Shown here in pieces: positions 19,081-28,592 of a stretch of DNA of 64,000 nucleotides. The position numbers were made by a program, and so were the translations under genes. Where the stretch lies: the IMG/VR virus record IMGVR_UViG_3300022856_000004, one strand, 5' to 3'. Each line of letters starts with the position of its first letter. The first letter of the stretch is position 1. Below the pieces are notes generated by a model. That model made no database searches and was not told the DNA's origin. It was given only the letters and a program-made list of their open reading frames with translations. Source of the stretch: an uncultured virus (IMG/VR IMGVR_UViG_3300022856_000004). Lineage: Duplodnaviria; Heunggongvirae; Uroviricota; Caudoviricetes.

Positions 19081-19482
19081 TTATTCGTCGTTACCAACTT
19101 CATAGTACCTATCTATAATGATACCAATGGAATCATAACAATTAGATAGTCTTTCTTTTAACGGTCGCAACTCTTGTGCTGTTTTTGTCATTAACTTATA
19201 TGTATCTTTTAATGACTTCATATCTCTATTAACACTAACTTTATCCATCCAATCTTGTGTTTCTTGAAGAGTTAGTATCTCCATATTTTCTATCATATTA
19301 CCTAAACTCTCAATAACTTCATATAATCTATCATCACCATACATAAGTGTTGAATGATTACCATATTCTCGTATTTGATTTAATAACATAGGAACATCAT
19401 TTTTATCTAACGTTCTCTCTGACATACCAGTTAATGATTCATTTATACGATTACTTCTATTTATAATGTCTTTAAAATCCAT
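19081..19482 (-). CDS. Hypothetical head-module protein
   Basis: 133-aa helical ORF between the protease and scaffold genes. Confidence 0.7.
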   Translation of the reverse strand: MDFKDIINRSNRINESLTGMSERTLDKNDVPMLLNQIREYGNHSTLMYGDDRLYEVIESLGNMIENMEILTLQETQDWMDKVSVNRDMKSLKDTYKLMTKTAQELRPLKERLSNCYDSIGIIIDRYYEVGNDE

Positions 19483-19494
19483 TACATTTCCTAT

Positions 19495-19914
19495 TTACTT
19501 TATTTTGCCAAAATTAACTTTTACTATATTATCATTAATTGGATTTTTAATATAGACCATATATTTAGAACTATCACCTAACATTATTTCATTAAGATTA
19601 ATACGATTACCATTGTATTCTCCCTCTTGTAACGTATTGTTCATAGTACCAATATATATATCCATTAATATACTATCTATAATACCTTGTATATTCTGTA
19701 TATCTCTATCAGAATCCTTAGTTGGTTTTAATTTTGAATTTGTCTTATCAGAAAATAATTCTAGTTCTTTCTCTGAAAGAGAATCTGATATATCTATTAT
19801 TGTTTGTTCTACATCTTTAGTTTCACCACGCTTATACGCTAATGCCTGTTTTAGTGTATCACGTTGTTTATCTGCTTTGGATGTCATATACCACATCTCT
19901 GGTTGTATTGACAA
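19495..19914 (-). CDS. Hypothetical head-module protein (true start may be the ATG at 19887)
   Basis: Collinear ORF with ATGA overlap with the protease stop. Confidence 0.65.
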   Translation of the reverse strand: MSIQPEMWYMTSKADKQRDTLKQALAYKRGETKDVEQTIIDISDSLSEKELELFSDKTNSKLKPTKDSDRDIQNIQGIIDSILMDIYIGTMNNTLQEGEYNGNRINLNEIMLGDSSKYMVYIKNPINDNIVKVNFGKIK

Positions 19915-20507
19915 AATATACCGTAGAATATATCATCTACATTTCTTTTTGTATTCTCTACGATAATCTCGGATGCTTCTGATATTGTGTTCTCTCTAAC
20001 TGGATTCATAAAACTACCATGATTAGATGGATTAGTTACAAAATCCCAACCTATCAACTCATAATCATCACATATCTCTGACGCTTCGTTGTTTATTTGT
20101 TTTGTTGAACCAACACCTCTACTTGATATTCCAAACTTATAACCACGTTTGATTATATTAGCTACGATTCTACCGGCTGGATTATCATCTAATATTTCTA
20201 AACGACCCATCACATTATTACCTTCCCACCATATACGTGTTATTACATGCGATGCATTCTTACCTTCAACTACTGTTGACTCTGGATGATCTAACTCACC
20301 ATAAGCACGTTTCTCATTGACAAATTCTTTTATGTATTCTTCTATAATACGTTCAAATATTTTTTTGGGATATACACGTCCATTCTTATTGACTTTATCA
20401 ACTGTAGTTAGTATTCCCTCAACGAACATACGTTTAAGTCCGTTCGTAGATTCATACATAACATTTACAGGTTCAAATATATTATATTCTAATATTGTGT
20501 TTTTCAC
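19884..20507 (-). CDS. Prohead core protease (T4 gp21-like)
   Basis: NKNGRVYP, GELDHP, GISSRGVGS and DFVTNPS motifs. Confidence 0.95.
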   Translation of the reverse strand: MKNTILEYNIFEPVNVMYESTNGLKRMFVEGILTTVDKVNKNGRVYPKKIFERIIEEYIKEFVNEKRAYGELDHPESTVVEGKNASHVITRIWWEGNNVMGRLEILDDNPAGRIVANIIKRGYKFGISSRGVGSTKQINNEASEICDDYELIGWDFVTNPSNHGSFMNPVRENTISEASEIIVENTKRNVDDIFYGIFCQYNQRCGI

Positions 20508-20697
20508 GTTCCAGTTCCGTTTTCCGTTTTATAAACTTCTGTTTTTGCTTTATACTATTCTTCTTTTCAGAAGGGGAAATATGATGTTTAGTTCTATTAA
20601 CTTCGTCTATGAAGTTATGATTTTTTTGTTTCTTCTTGAAACGTTTAAGCATTGAATCAACACTCTCAGTTCCTCTATTGGTAACACCAAAAGACAT
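20482..20697 (-). CDS. rpsU: Phage-encoded ribosomal protein bS21
   Basis: 71-aa basic protein, ESVDSMLKRFKKK...IDEV...HHISPSEKK, matching the bS21 pattern E..D..LKRFK(R/K)...PS. Confidence 0.8.
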   Translation of the reverse strand: MSFGVTNRGTESVDSMLKRFKKKQKNHNFIDEVNRTKHHISPSEKKNSIKQKQKFIKRKTELEREKHNIRI

Positions 20698-20700
20698 ATA

Positions 20701-21162
20701 TCACCTTTCTGTTTCGTTGTATATTGAATCTATCAAACTAATAACTGTATTAGTTTTCTCTCTTAATTTAATTAGCTTATCTTTAGATGATTTCAATAGT
20801 GATGTATCATCCATACCAGTTTCATGTTTTAACTTTGACGTATGCTTTAATTTCTTCTCTAATCCACACATCCAAGAATATAGCAATTTTATAGTTTTGT
20901 TCATTCTGTCTTTATCAGACTTATATGCATCATCAGACTTGTACTCTTTATACGATGCTTCCTTTATTTCATTTTCGCATTTACAAGATTTACCTTTGCA
21001 CTTGCAACTTGATTTATTTCCGAATGCATTTGGTGTTAAGTACCCTGGTGTTGCATCACTTGTATTTCCTGCGTCACACCCACCTGCCCCATCACCATCT
21101 TCATCTAATTCATCATCAGTATCAGGTTCTATTATTTTTTTGTGTATCTTACTAAAATCCAT
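20701..21162 (-). CDS. Hypothetical head-module protein
   Basis: 153 aa with an acidic N-terminus, a PGYLTPNAF motif and a Cys cluster CKCKGKSCKC. Confidence 0.7.
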   Translation of the reverse strand: MDFSKIHKKIIEPDTDDELDEDGDGAGGCDAGNTSDATPGYLTPNAFGNKSSCKCKGKSCKCENEIKEASYKEYKSDDAYKSDKDRMNKTIKLLYSWMCGLEKKLKHTSKLKHETGMDDTSLLKSSKDKLIKLREKTNTVISLIDSIYNETER

Positions 21163-21485
21163 TATCTAACTACTCCATTTCTAATAAATACATATTGTTT
21201 TGCGGATGCATTATTAACGACTTTAGATATACTAAATTCATATAATTCATTAACAGCCAATGCAGTTCCAGGTATAGACCCACCATCTGTAAAGTGTATT
21301 GTACAAGCTGTATTAGTTAGTATAATTGCCCCTGCACCATAATCTGATCCTGTAAATGAACTTGTACTTGTGTTCTGGACTTCTATTACTCTGTTCCATC
21401 TACCTGGATGTCCTTGCATAGCAAATGAATCTAAGTTTATAGTAGGATTTAAACTGTTCTTCTGTTGTGGATTCGGTGTCGCCAT
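21162..21485 (-). CDS. Hypothetical protein, likely virion
   Basis: 107-aa beta-rich ORF with stop/start overlap. Confidence 0.65.
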   Translation of the reverse strand: MATPNPQQKNSLNPTINLDSFAMQGHPGRWNRVIEVQNTSTSSFTGSDYGAGAIILTNTACTIHFTDGGSIPGTALAVNELYEFSISKVVNNASAKQYVFIRNGVVR

Positions 21486-21487
21486 TA

Positions 21488-22315
21488 TTATACCTTTAAT
21501 ACATTAACTAATTCATAAATATATAACATTGTAGCTATATGATTCTTTTGTAATTTTTCTAAACTTGATAACTCGGTAAGTATATCCAATACTTCATCTA
21601 ACTTCACGGATAATACGTTTGAGCTTTGAGTTGTCTTTATTTTATTTATCTCTTCTTGTAATAACGGAATTTTTGATTTTATAAACTCAACCGTCATTTT
21701 TGAATTGGATGAATTTGTTATATATTCAACCAATATTGATTTTTGTTCTTCTGATAAATGTGAGAAACGCTCATTAAATTTCTCTATATATTTATCTAAT
21801 ATCTTAACTCTCTGATCAAATGGCCTATTTAAAAATGAATCCATTTGAATAGTTTGACTTTGTTTTGTCGCTGTTAAGTGATCTAATACAAAATACATAT
21901 GATTTGTAGAATCTTCTTCTGAATACCCACTTTCCATTATAGTATTTATAGATGCTAGTAATTTGTAATTAGGAACTTTAGTTTTAAATAAATCCTTAAT
22001 ATCAGACGTATCTTTTAATTCTTTAACTAAATTATATTTTTCTCTATCTAATTTGTTTTTGTCCAAACCATTAAATCGTTCTATAATATTATCAATTAAT
22101 ATTTGTGCTTTGGTTTCTGATTTTGATGTTGTATTAACTAAAGTTCTATATAAATCATATTCCTTAGCTAATTCTGAATTGCCAGAAAAATACTTCTGTA
22201 ATATAGGTGATACAGTTGATTCTCTTTGATGTAGAATATCATCTGTTATTTTTCTAGTTATAAATTCAAACATCAAACCAGTGTTTCTATATTTAGAATG
22301 CTTATTTTTGCTCAT
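21488..22315 (-). CDS. Conserved-looking hypothetical protein next to the portal gene
   Basis: 275 aa beginning KHSKYRNTGLMFE. Confidence 0.75.
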   Translation of the reverse strand: MSKNKHSKYRNTGLMFEFITRKITDDILHQRESTVSPILQKYFSGNSELAKEYDLYRTLVNTTSKSETKAQILIDNIIERFNGLDKNKLDREKYNLVKELKDTSDIKDLFKTKVPNYKLLASINTIMESGYSEEDSTNHMYFVLDHLTATKQSQTIQMDSFLNRPFDQRVKILDKYIEKFNERFSHLSEEQKSILVEYITNSSNSKMTVEFIKSKIPLLQEEINKIKTTQSSNVLSVKLDEVLDILTELSSLEKLQKNHIATMLYIYELVNVLKV

Positions 22316-22360
22316 TTAACGACTCGTTGGTTTCTTCTTAATTATAAATATAAATAAAAT

Positions 22361-24013
22361 TTAATTTTCTGTATTGGTTTTGTTTTTGATATACGACGTG
22401 TTAGCTAGTTTAGGCTTTTTCATTAACTCTTTATTGCCAAGTGTATCATACGCAAAATTGTTATCATGTGATCCATATTTGTCTCCTTCGGGTGGTCTCC
22501 CAACTGGACTTGATTGTGCTTCACCACCAGTCATAGCAACACCAGTTGATACAGGATCATTACCTTCCATCTCAATTTGTTTATATCTAAACTGTTGTTT
22601 CTTATCTTCTATCATTTGATTACGTGATATTTCTATCTCTTCATCATTCATATTAAATATATGTTTATATATATATTCTGATGGAATCATGTCCAACTCT
22701 CTCATGTGTTTAGATACATTAACTTTTGATTGCATAAGAGTTAACATCTCTTGTTGGTATATAAGTGATGGATTGTTTAATTTTATATCAAACTCTATCA
22801 ACTCATTTAATTCAAATCCCTGTGCAAATAGATGTGTATATGCTATTTCTACTAATGTAGCTTCAATTTGACGTTGTATTCTTTCTATAGTTCTTGCAAA
22901 TCTAACATCTTGTGCTGCTAAACTTGACCTACCAGAACTTTCATCTTCAAATCCCAAATATGATTTTGGAACCATTAGCCCAGCGAATAGTCTATTTTTT
23001 AAATAATCTATTTCATCAATCATATTATTATTATCTAAACCATCTAATGTTTCTATACCAGAACCATCATCTTTACCACGTCTAGGAATAAAATAATCTT
23101 CGTTTAAATTTTGTATGTTATAACGTAAATTATATTCTCCAGTATTTTGATCATAGATTGGAGTTTGTTTCATCTCAGCAGTGATACGTTCTATATAAGC
23201 ATCTACAGCTGATGGTTCTATCCCAGCAACATCTATATTAAATACTCTTTTGTGTGGAGCACGTGTTATTCTATGAATCATCATTGCATCTTCCATCAAT
23301 GATATTTGTTTCCAATGTTTTCTAACACCCTCTATTATAGACTTACCATAAGGTAGAAAGTTAGAATCTGATGTTAATCTAAAATGTGCTAATTCCCACT
23401 TCTCATATCTTTCTTTATTGAAATAATCACCGTATTCACCATAATCATCCTTAATCTTAAAGAATGTTGTTATTCTACCATAATCATCTGCATGCTCAAC
23501 TCTCTCAACAATATAAGGTGATACTGACATTGCATTAACAACACCATAATCTTGCCTAACATCTAATAAAACTGGATAATCACCGTACTTACATGTTTCT
23601 CTAACCCAATTCCATAGGTTCATCTCTATATTCAACACATCATAAAATAAGTTGTCTAATATAGCCTTTAAATCTGCATTATCAGTTTTAACTACTAACA
23701 TATCACCACGTTCATTGACTAGTGTAGCTTCATCAGCATACACCTTTAACGCAGCAGATATGATAGAATCTTTATCCATCATCTCGTAATCTTTGAATAA
23801 ATCCATACGTTCTTGATTGAAATTATATGAATTATTTTCATAATCCACCAAACTTCTACGCATAACTAATCTTTTGTATCTATCAGATGTATAGGGTGAA
23901 CCTGCACTCTGTATTACATTAGGATCAATTATTTTTAATTTATTCTTATCAATTCTCTGTACTATTACGTTTCCAGAGAATAGTTTATTTAACCTATCTT
24001 TTAAACTTGCCAT
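22361..24013 (-). CDS. Portal protein (T4 gp20-like)
   Basis: LMEDAMMIHRITRAP..RVFNIDV, EDYFIP and IETL.G motifs. Confidence 0.96.
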   Translation of the reverse strand: MASLKDRLNKLFSGNVIVQRIDKNKLKIIDPNVIQSAGSPYTSDRYKRLVMRRSLVDYENNSYNFNQERMDLFKDYEMMDKDSIISAALKVYADEATLVNERGDMLVVKTDNADLKAILDNLFYDVLNIEMNLWNWVRETCKYGDYPVLLDVRQDYGVVNAMSVSPYIVERVEHADDYGRITTFFKIKDDYGEYGDYFNKERYEKWELAHFRLTSDSNFLPYGKSIIEGVRKHWKQISLMEDAMMIHRITRAPHKRVFNIDVAGIEPSAVDAYIERITAEMKQTPIYDQNTGEYNLRYNIQNLNEDYFIPRRGKDDGSGIETLDGLDNNNMIDEIDYLKNRLFAGLMVPKSYLGFEDESSGRSSLAAQDVRFARTIERIQRQIEATLVEIAYTHLFAQGFELNELIEFDIKLNNPSLIYQQEMLTLMQSKVNVSKHMRELDMIPSEYIYKHIFNMNDEEIEISRNQMIEDKKQQFRYKQIEMEGNDPVSTGVAMTGGEAQSSPVGRPPEGDKYGSHDNNFAYDTLGNKELMKKPKLANTSYIKNKTNTEN

Positions 24014-24038
24014 TGTATATAAATATAATTGAATTTTT

Positions 24039-25631
24039 CTATAATAGTGATCTTAAATCAAATGAATCCCCATTACCAACTTTCATTTGCCAAGGATCTT
24101 CATTTTTAAATTGATGTTCGTTTTTAACTCGTTTGATGTTTCGTAGCATAGACATCTTAATATTACTACCTGCACCTCTAACTCTAACTGCAAAATCTCT
24201 AGTATATAGTCCTATTGCCATAGCAATAACTAAGTCATCATTATACCCTTTTGCTGCTTGTGTTTTTCTACCATCCCATATAAACGAATACATTTCATTT
24301 ATAAGTCTAAGTGAATTTATTTTTGGTCGTGATGTATATACACCATTATGATCCATTTCTCTAAAATATAATGCTAATTTATCAATTATTAATTCACGTG
24401 TTACGTGTGACATAGTAAATCCAGGTGTCATACCATCTTTATTATATCTATAATCGTATTTATAAGCATTAGAGCTATCATCAAGAACATTAATAGCTGA
24501 TTTTGAATAATATATATTGTCATAACCAATATCAATAACATCCTGTATTACAGCCCAACCAATACTATTATTCTCAACTACCAACATAGCATTATTATAT
24601 TCTCTAGCTATAGATACAACTCTATTAGCGAATAACTTAGTATCAACCTGACCTTTGTATTCAGCCACTTGTTTTAATTCATTAACTTCTAATACTTGTA
24701 CAGTTGAATAATCCGAACCGTTTCCACGTGCAACATCGACAGCAACTACATAATCATGTTTGTTTGATGCCTCTTCCCATATCCAAAAATCATTGTTATA
24801 ACGAGTTTCGATTGGATCATTACATAATTTTTTGTATTCTTCTAATATCCTATGCTCTATCAATGAGTTACCTGACGAAGCGAAATCGCAATCATATTCC
24901 TGTGCGGCCTGTTTTTCACCTAACTCTATAGTTTGTCTATCTCTGAATGCTTGGTCTTGATCTGGATGTAAGTACCAAGGTAATTTTATAAAATTAAATC
25001 CATTAACACCTGCTTCTGCATTAGCCCACATATTATGAAAGAAATTTGCAGTTCCGTTTGGAGTTGATAAAAGTATAGTCGAACCACCTCGTGATAGGGT
25101 TGCTTGTGCTGATGTCCAAATCTCCGAAATATCATTAATAAACGCAATTTCATCAATTATTAATAGACTTAGAGCCTCTGACCTACCTGCATTCGGAGAT
25201 GAACCAACTGCCTTTATTCTAGATCCATTCTTTAATACTAATGAAGTTTTATTATCTTCTTTTCTCGGTACCATAGACCTAAGAAATGTAGGTAGATTTT
25301 CATACATCAACTTAACTTTTCTAATTAAGTTTATAGCTGTCTTCTCATCAATTGCAATTACAAGTATATTCCTATTCTGCTCAAATATCATCATATGAAC
25401 ACATCGCATAGCAGTTAGAGTAGATATTCCCATCTGTCTAGCTTTAAGTATTATGTTTCTATCATGTTCCATAATAGATAATAATGCTTTCTCTTGAAAT
25501 TCATACAGTTCAAATGGAACAACACCTTTCATCGGATGTTCTACTTTACAATACTTTTTAGCAAAATAAACTATATCTTGCTTACACTTTAGTAATTCTG
25601 GTTTTAAACTTTCTAATATTTTCTTATTCAT
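24039..25631 (-). CDS. terL: Terminase large subunit
   Basis: KARQMGIST Walker A, LIIDE Walker B, LSTPNG, VDVARG and DDLV motifs. Confidence 0.97.
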   Translation of the reverse strand: MNKKILESLKPELLKCKQDIVYFAKKYCKVEHPMKGVVPFELYEFQEKALLSIMEHDRNIILKARQMGISTLTAMRCVHMMIFEQNRNILVIAIDEKTAINLIRKVKLMYENLPTFLRSMVPRKEDNKTSLVLKNGSRIKAVGSSPNAGRSEALSLLIIDEIAFINDISEIWTSAQATLSRGGSTILLSTPNGTANFFHNMWANAEAGVNGFNFIKLPWYLHPDQDQAFRDRQTIELGEKQAAQEYDCDFASSGNSLIEHRILEEYKKLCNDPIETRYNNDFWIWEEASNKHDYVVAVDVARGNGSDYSTVQVLEVNELKQVAEYKGQVDTKLFANRVVSIAREYNNAMLVVENNSIGWAVIQDVIDIGYDNIYYSKSAINVLDDSSNAYKYDYRYNKDGMTPGFTMSHVTRELIIDKLALYFREMDHNGVYTSRPKINSLRLINEMYSFIWDGRKTQAAKGYNDDLVIAMAIGLYTRDFAVRVRGAGSNIKMSMLRNIKRVKNEHQFKNEDPWQMKVGNGDSFDLRSLL

Positions 25632-25635
25632 AATC

Positions 25636-26031
25636 TTATAACATTATTAATATACCTAAAATCAACCCAGTTCCTAACCATAGTTCTTTTCTATCATACC
25701 ATTTAGGTTGTAACTCTTCTATTCTTATCTTCTGTAGATTTATTATATCTTGATTTAACTTCTGTGATTTATCATATTCAGTTAATAAAAATTGATGTTC
25801 TTTTATAGTTGACTTATATAGTTCTATTTGTGACATCCTATTATGTATAATACTATCTTTATTATCAGATATATCGGTTAATATTTCTATCTTCTTCTGT
25901 AACTCATATATCTTAAATCCATATTTATACAAGTTCTCTCTTGGTAAACAAGTATCAGATTTCATTATATCAACTTGCGAATATAAACTGTATGTTGATA
26001 ATATGAATATTAATATTATTATTCTACTCAT
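25636..26031 (-). CDS. Spanin-like envelope protein (signal peptide, coiled coil, C-terminal membrane anchor)
   Basis: Hydrophobic N- and C-termini, overlapping the upstream TM/coiled-coil gene. Confidence 0.5.
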   Translation of the reverse strand: MSRIIILIFILSTYSLYSQVDIMKSDTCLPRENLYKYGFKIYELQKKIEILTDISDNKDSIIHNRMSQIELYKSTIKEHQFLLTEYDKSQKLNQDIINLQKIRIEELQPKWYDRKELWLGTGLILGILIML

Positions 26032-26353
26032 TATCTATATTCCTAAGAATTGCTATTGATTCGTCATATGTTATTTTTTCTTGTTCTCTTATAGCTGAAA
26101 ATGTGGCTATTAACTCTTGTTCTCTGGTATCTAACTCAGATAGTTTAATGTCTAATTCTTTTATGTTTCTATCTGAAACTTCTATATTATGTTTTAGTTC
26201 TTCTTTTCTACTTTCTATAAATTTAGATTCTGAACTTTTAGTATCTAACTTATTTTTATTATCTTCTAATTTAGATTCTCTATTCTTTTTATCATAAACA
26301 AAAAATCCAATTATACCCAAAACAACAATAATTATATAATTTATAATTTCCAT
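26024..26353 (-). CDS. i-spanin (Rz)-like protein
   Basis: N-terminal TM helix followed by a long coiled coil. Confidence 0.55.
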   Translation of the reverse strand: MEIINYIIIVVLGIIGFFVYDKKNRESKLEDNKNKLDTKSSESKFIESRKEELKHNIEVSDRNIKELDIKLSELDTREQELIATFSAIREQEKITYDESIAILRNIDNE

Positions 26354-26369
26354 AATAACCTTAAATTTA

Positions 26370-26921
26370 TTAAAAAATACCTACCCATGGTATTGGTGGT
26401 GATGGTATTGGTCCAGTTGGAGAAGGAACCAAACCATTATAAACACCATTTATAGTCGTTGTATGCGTTCTTAACGCTAATATCATACTTTGTATGGTAA
26501 TATTGGTTGTCTTACCACTAAACGCCATTAATGATGCTTTAAGTGCAACTTCCAATGAATTTATATCACCTGGAAATACAACTACACATGGAGTTGGTAT
26601 TGGCATAGGTAATATAGTTGGTGGGTGAGGTGGTAATGGTGAAAATTGTGATCCAGCCCAAAACCCTACAAACCCACTAGCTACCAATTTCATATTTAAC
26701 TTTGATGTGGCTCTAGCTAATAAAAATGCACTTTCTAAATTAGATTGTAATATAGCTTTGTTATAAGTTAATAAACTATTTTGTAACATTGTAGTTGCAG
26801 ATAGCATTCCTATTTCATATGCATCTGCTATTGATTTAGCTGCGTCTCTTTCATTAGATGGTCTTTTTTTTGTAAATATAATATCTAATTGAGTTTCTAT
26901 CAACTTCCAATTTATAGCCAT
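26370..26921 (-). CDS. Hypothetical Pro-rich protein
   Basis: 183 aa with PPHPP and PSPTGPIPSPPIPW segments. Confidence 0.7.
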   Translation of the reverse strand: MAINWKLIETQLDIIFTKKRPSNERDAAKSIADAYEIGMLSATTMLQNSLLTYNKAILQSNLESAFLLARATSKLNMKLVASGFVGFWAGSQFSPLPPHPPTILPMPIPTPCVVVFPGDINSLEVALKASLMAFSGKTTNITIQSMILALRTHTTTINGVYNGLVPSPTGPIPSPPIPWVGIF

Positions 26922-26927
26922 TAAACC

Positions 26928-27449
26928 TTAATTTTTAAATTCTTTGATTACATATGATATTATACCAGCTATAGCAGTTAACCCAAATACTATCATTTGC
27001 CAATTAGTTCTAGCCCATTTAAATACATCAATACTATCAGTAACTGTACTTATAGACAATATTGGTGGGTTTAAATTTATCAGTTCGGTTACTTGTGCTA
27101 AATAACATATAAATTCACCATCTGAACTTCTAACTGGTGATACATTCAATAAAACCCAAACTATAACTCCAGTCTTAGTTATATAACGTTTCTTCATTCT
27201 ATAAGATGGAACTTCACCATCATATATACGCTTGGTCATCTCAACATCAGAATCTACATCATCTGGGTGAGTTATTGATTGGAATGTTTTTAATTGTATT
27301 TCTGCTAGATTATATTCAATTACATTCAAATATATATCATTTGCATGTAGAATTAAACCATCTTTGGATACTAATAATATCCCAACTATAGAGTTGTTCC
27401 ATATACTATCAAATATATTCTCTTTCATAGATGAATCTATAACAAACAA
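26928..27449 (-). CDS. PAS/PAC-domain protein with C-terminal transmembrane helix
   Basis: GILLVSKDGLILHAN, ITHPDD, KRYITKTG.IVWV and VRSSDGE are PAS S-box/PAC hallmarks. TM segment MIVFGLTAIAGIISYVI. Confidence 0.9.
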   Translation of the reverse strand: MFVIDSSMKENIFDSIWNNSIVGILLVSKDGLILHANDIYLNVIEYNLAEIQLKTFQSITHPDDVDSDVEMTKRIYDGEVPSYRMKKRYITKTGVIVWVLLNVSPVRSSDGEFICYLAQVTELINLNPPILSISTVTDSIDVFKWARTNWQMIVFGLTAIAGIISYVIKEFKN

Positions 27450-27634
27450 GATAATTCCTCTATAACAACCTTAAATTCTGATGATCTAACGTTTTCATGA
27501 CAACCTTTAATATCAGTACCACTACATAATTTATCAAGTACATAGTCTCTTAATTGGCATTTTAATGTACACCAATTTTCATTTTTCATATCATTGATAG
27601 TACACACATCACATTTATTAATACCATGTCTCAT
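27437..27634 (-). CDS. Small Cys-rich hypothetical protein
   Basis: 65 aa with 7 Cys (CxxC, CxxxC). It fills the gap between the holin-like and PAS genes. Confidence 0.55.
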   Translation of the reverse strand: MRHGINKCDVCTINDMKNENWCTLKCQLRDYVLDKLCSGTDIKGCHENVRSSEFKVVIEELSCLL

Positions 27635-27646
27635 TCATATTACCAT

Positions 27647-27925
27647 TTATTTATCGTTAAGACTTTTTATAGTTGCCTTAACTCTTCTAGTGGCATCTGT
27701 AAACTTTTCAGTTGCAGTTACACCTAATCCAACAACAACCAAATATAGAAACCCATCGAATATATAATCTAATATAATCATACCAAACCATAAATTACAT
27801 ACCCAAGTAATTATCATCACTAAAAACCCTAAAAATGTTATTAGTCTTTTAGATGATAAATCACCATCTACATCAGAGAATATCTCTCTTAAATTTTTTA
27901 ATAATGCTTCTAAAAAATTCTTCAC
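27647..27925 (-). CDS. Holin-like two-TM membrane protein
   Basis: 92 aa, SSKR followed by two TM helices and a basic C-terminal tail. Confidence 0.6.
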   Translation of the reverse strand: MKNFLEALLKNLREIFSDVDGDLSSKRLITFLGFLVMIITWVCNLWFGMIILDYIFDGFLYLVVVGLGVTATEKFTDATRRVKATIKSLNDK

Positions 27926-28530
27926 ATAACTTCCTCATCTGTTATATTATATTGTTTCTTAACTTCTGATTTATATCTCTCGAAATCATCAATTATATCT
28001 TTCTTCACTTGTTCTGGATCTAATTTAGACCATTTATCTACTGTTCCATTCTCTCGTATAGTGCTAAAGTTCTCTAATGCATTCACCATATCTTGTAATT
28101 CTGTTTGTTTATCTTTAAGATAAGATATAGCATTTTGCTTAACTTTATTTTTTTCGTATTCTTCCCAATTACCATCAACTCTAATTTTAGTTTCTAGTTT
28201 GGCTACACATTTACCACACATACCCATTAAATTTCTGAATTTCTTGTCTAATCTGGTTTCATTGTATTGATTTACATTACATATTTCCATAGGACATGAA
28301 TTATATTTATTTATCTCTGCTCGAATATCGTCTAACTTGGTTACTTTAGATTTATATCCATTCATCTGCTCCCATTCAATTCCATCTAACCCTACCCAAG
28401 TTTCACCTATCTTACGTTGAATATCTTTTTCATTACTACCATAACCAATTTGAACATTTACAAAATCACCACTGAGAACTCGTTTTACATCATTAAGATT
28501 ATTAATTTGTACTCTTTCTTTAGACATCAA
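27922..28530 (-). CDS. Hypothetical protein with Cys pairs
   Basis: 202 aa with GETW..DG..WEQ.NG, CPMEIC and CGKC. Confidence 0.7.
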   Translation of the reverse strand: MMSKERVQINNLNDVKRVLSGDFVNVQIGYGSNEKDIQRKIGETWVGLDGIEWEQMNGYKSKVTKLDDIRAEINKYNSCPMEICNVNQYNETRLDKKFRNLMGMCGKCVAKLETKIRVDGNWEEYEKNKVKQNAISYLKDKQTELQDMVNALENFSTIRENGTVDKWSKLDPEQVKKDIIDDFERYKSEVKKQYNITDEEVM

Positions 28531-28592
28531 ACACCTTTAAATTTACAATTTTATAAATATAAATATAAATTAAAATACTATCAATCTATTAT

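Noticed and set aside
22361..25631. Introns or inteins in TerL or portal
   Set aside because: Both are of normal length with contiguous motifs.
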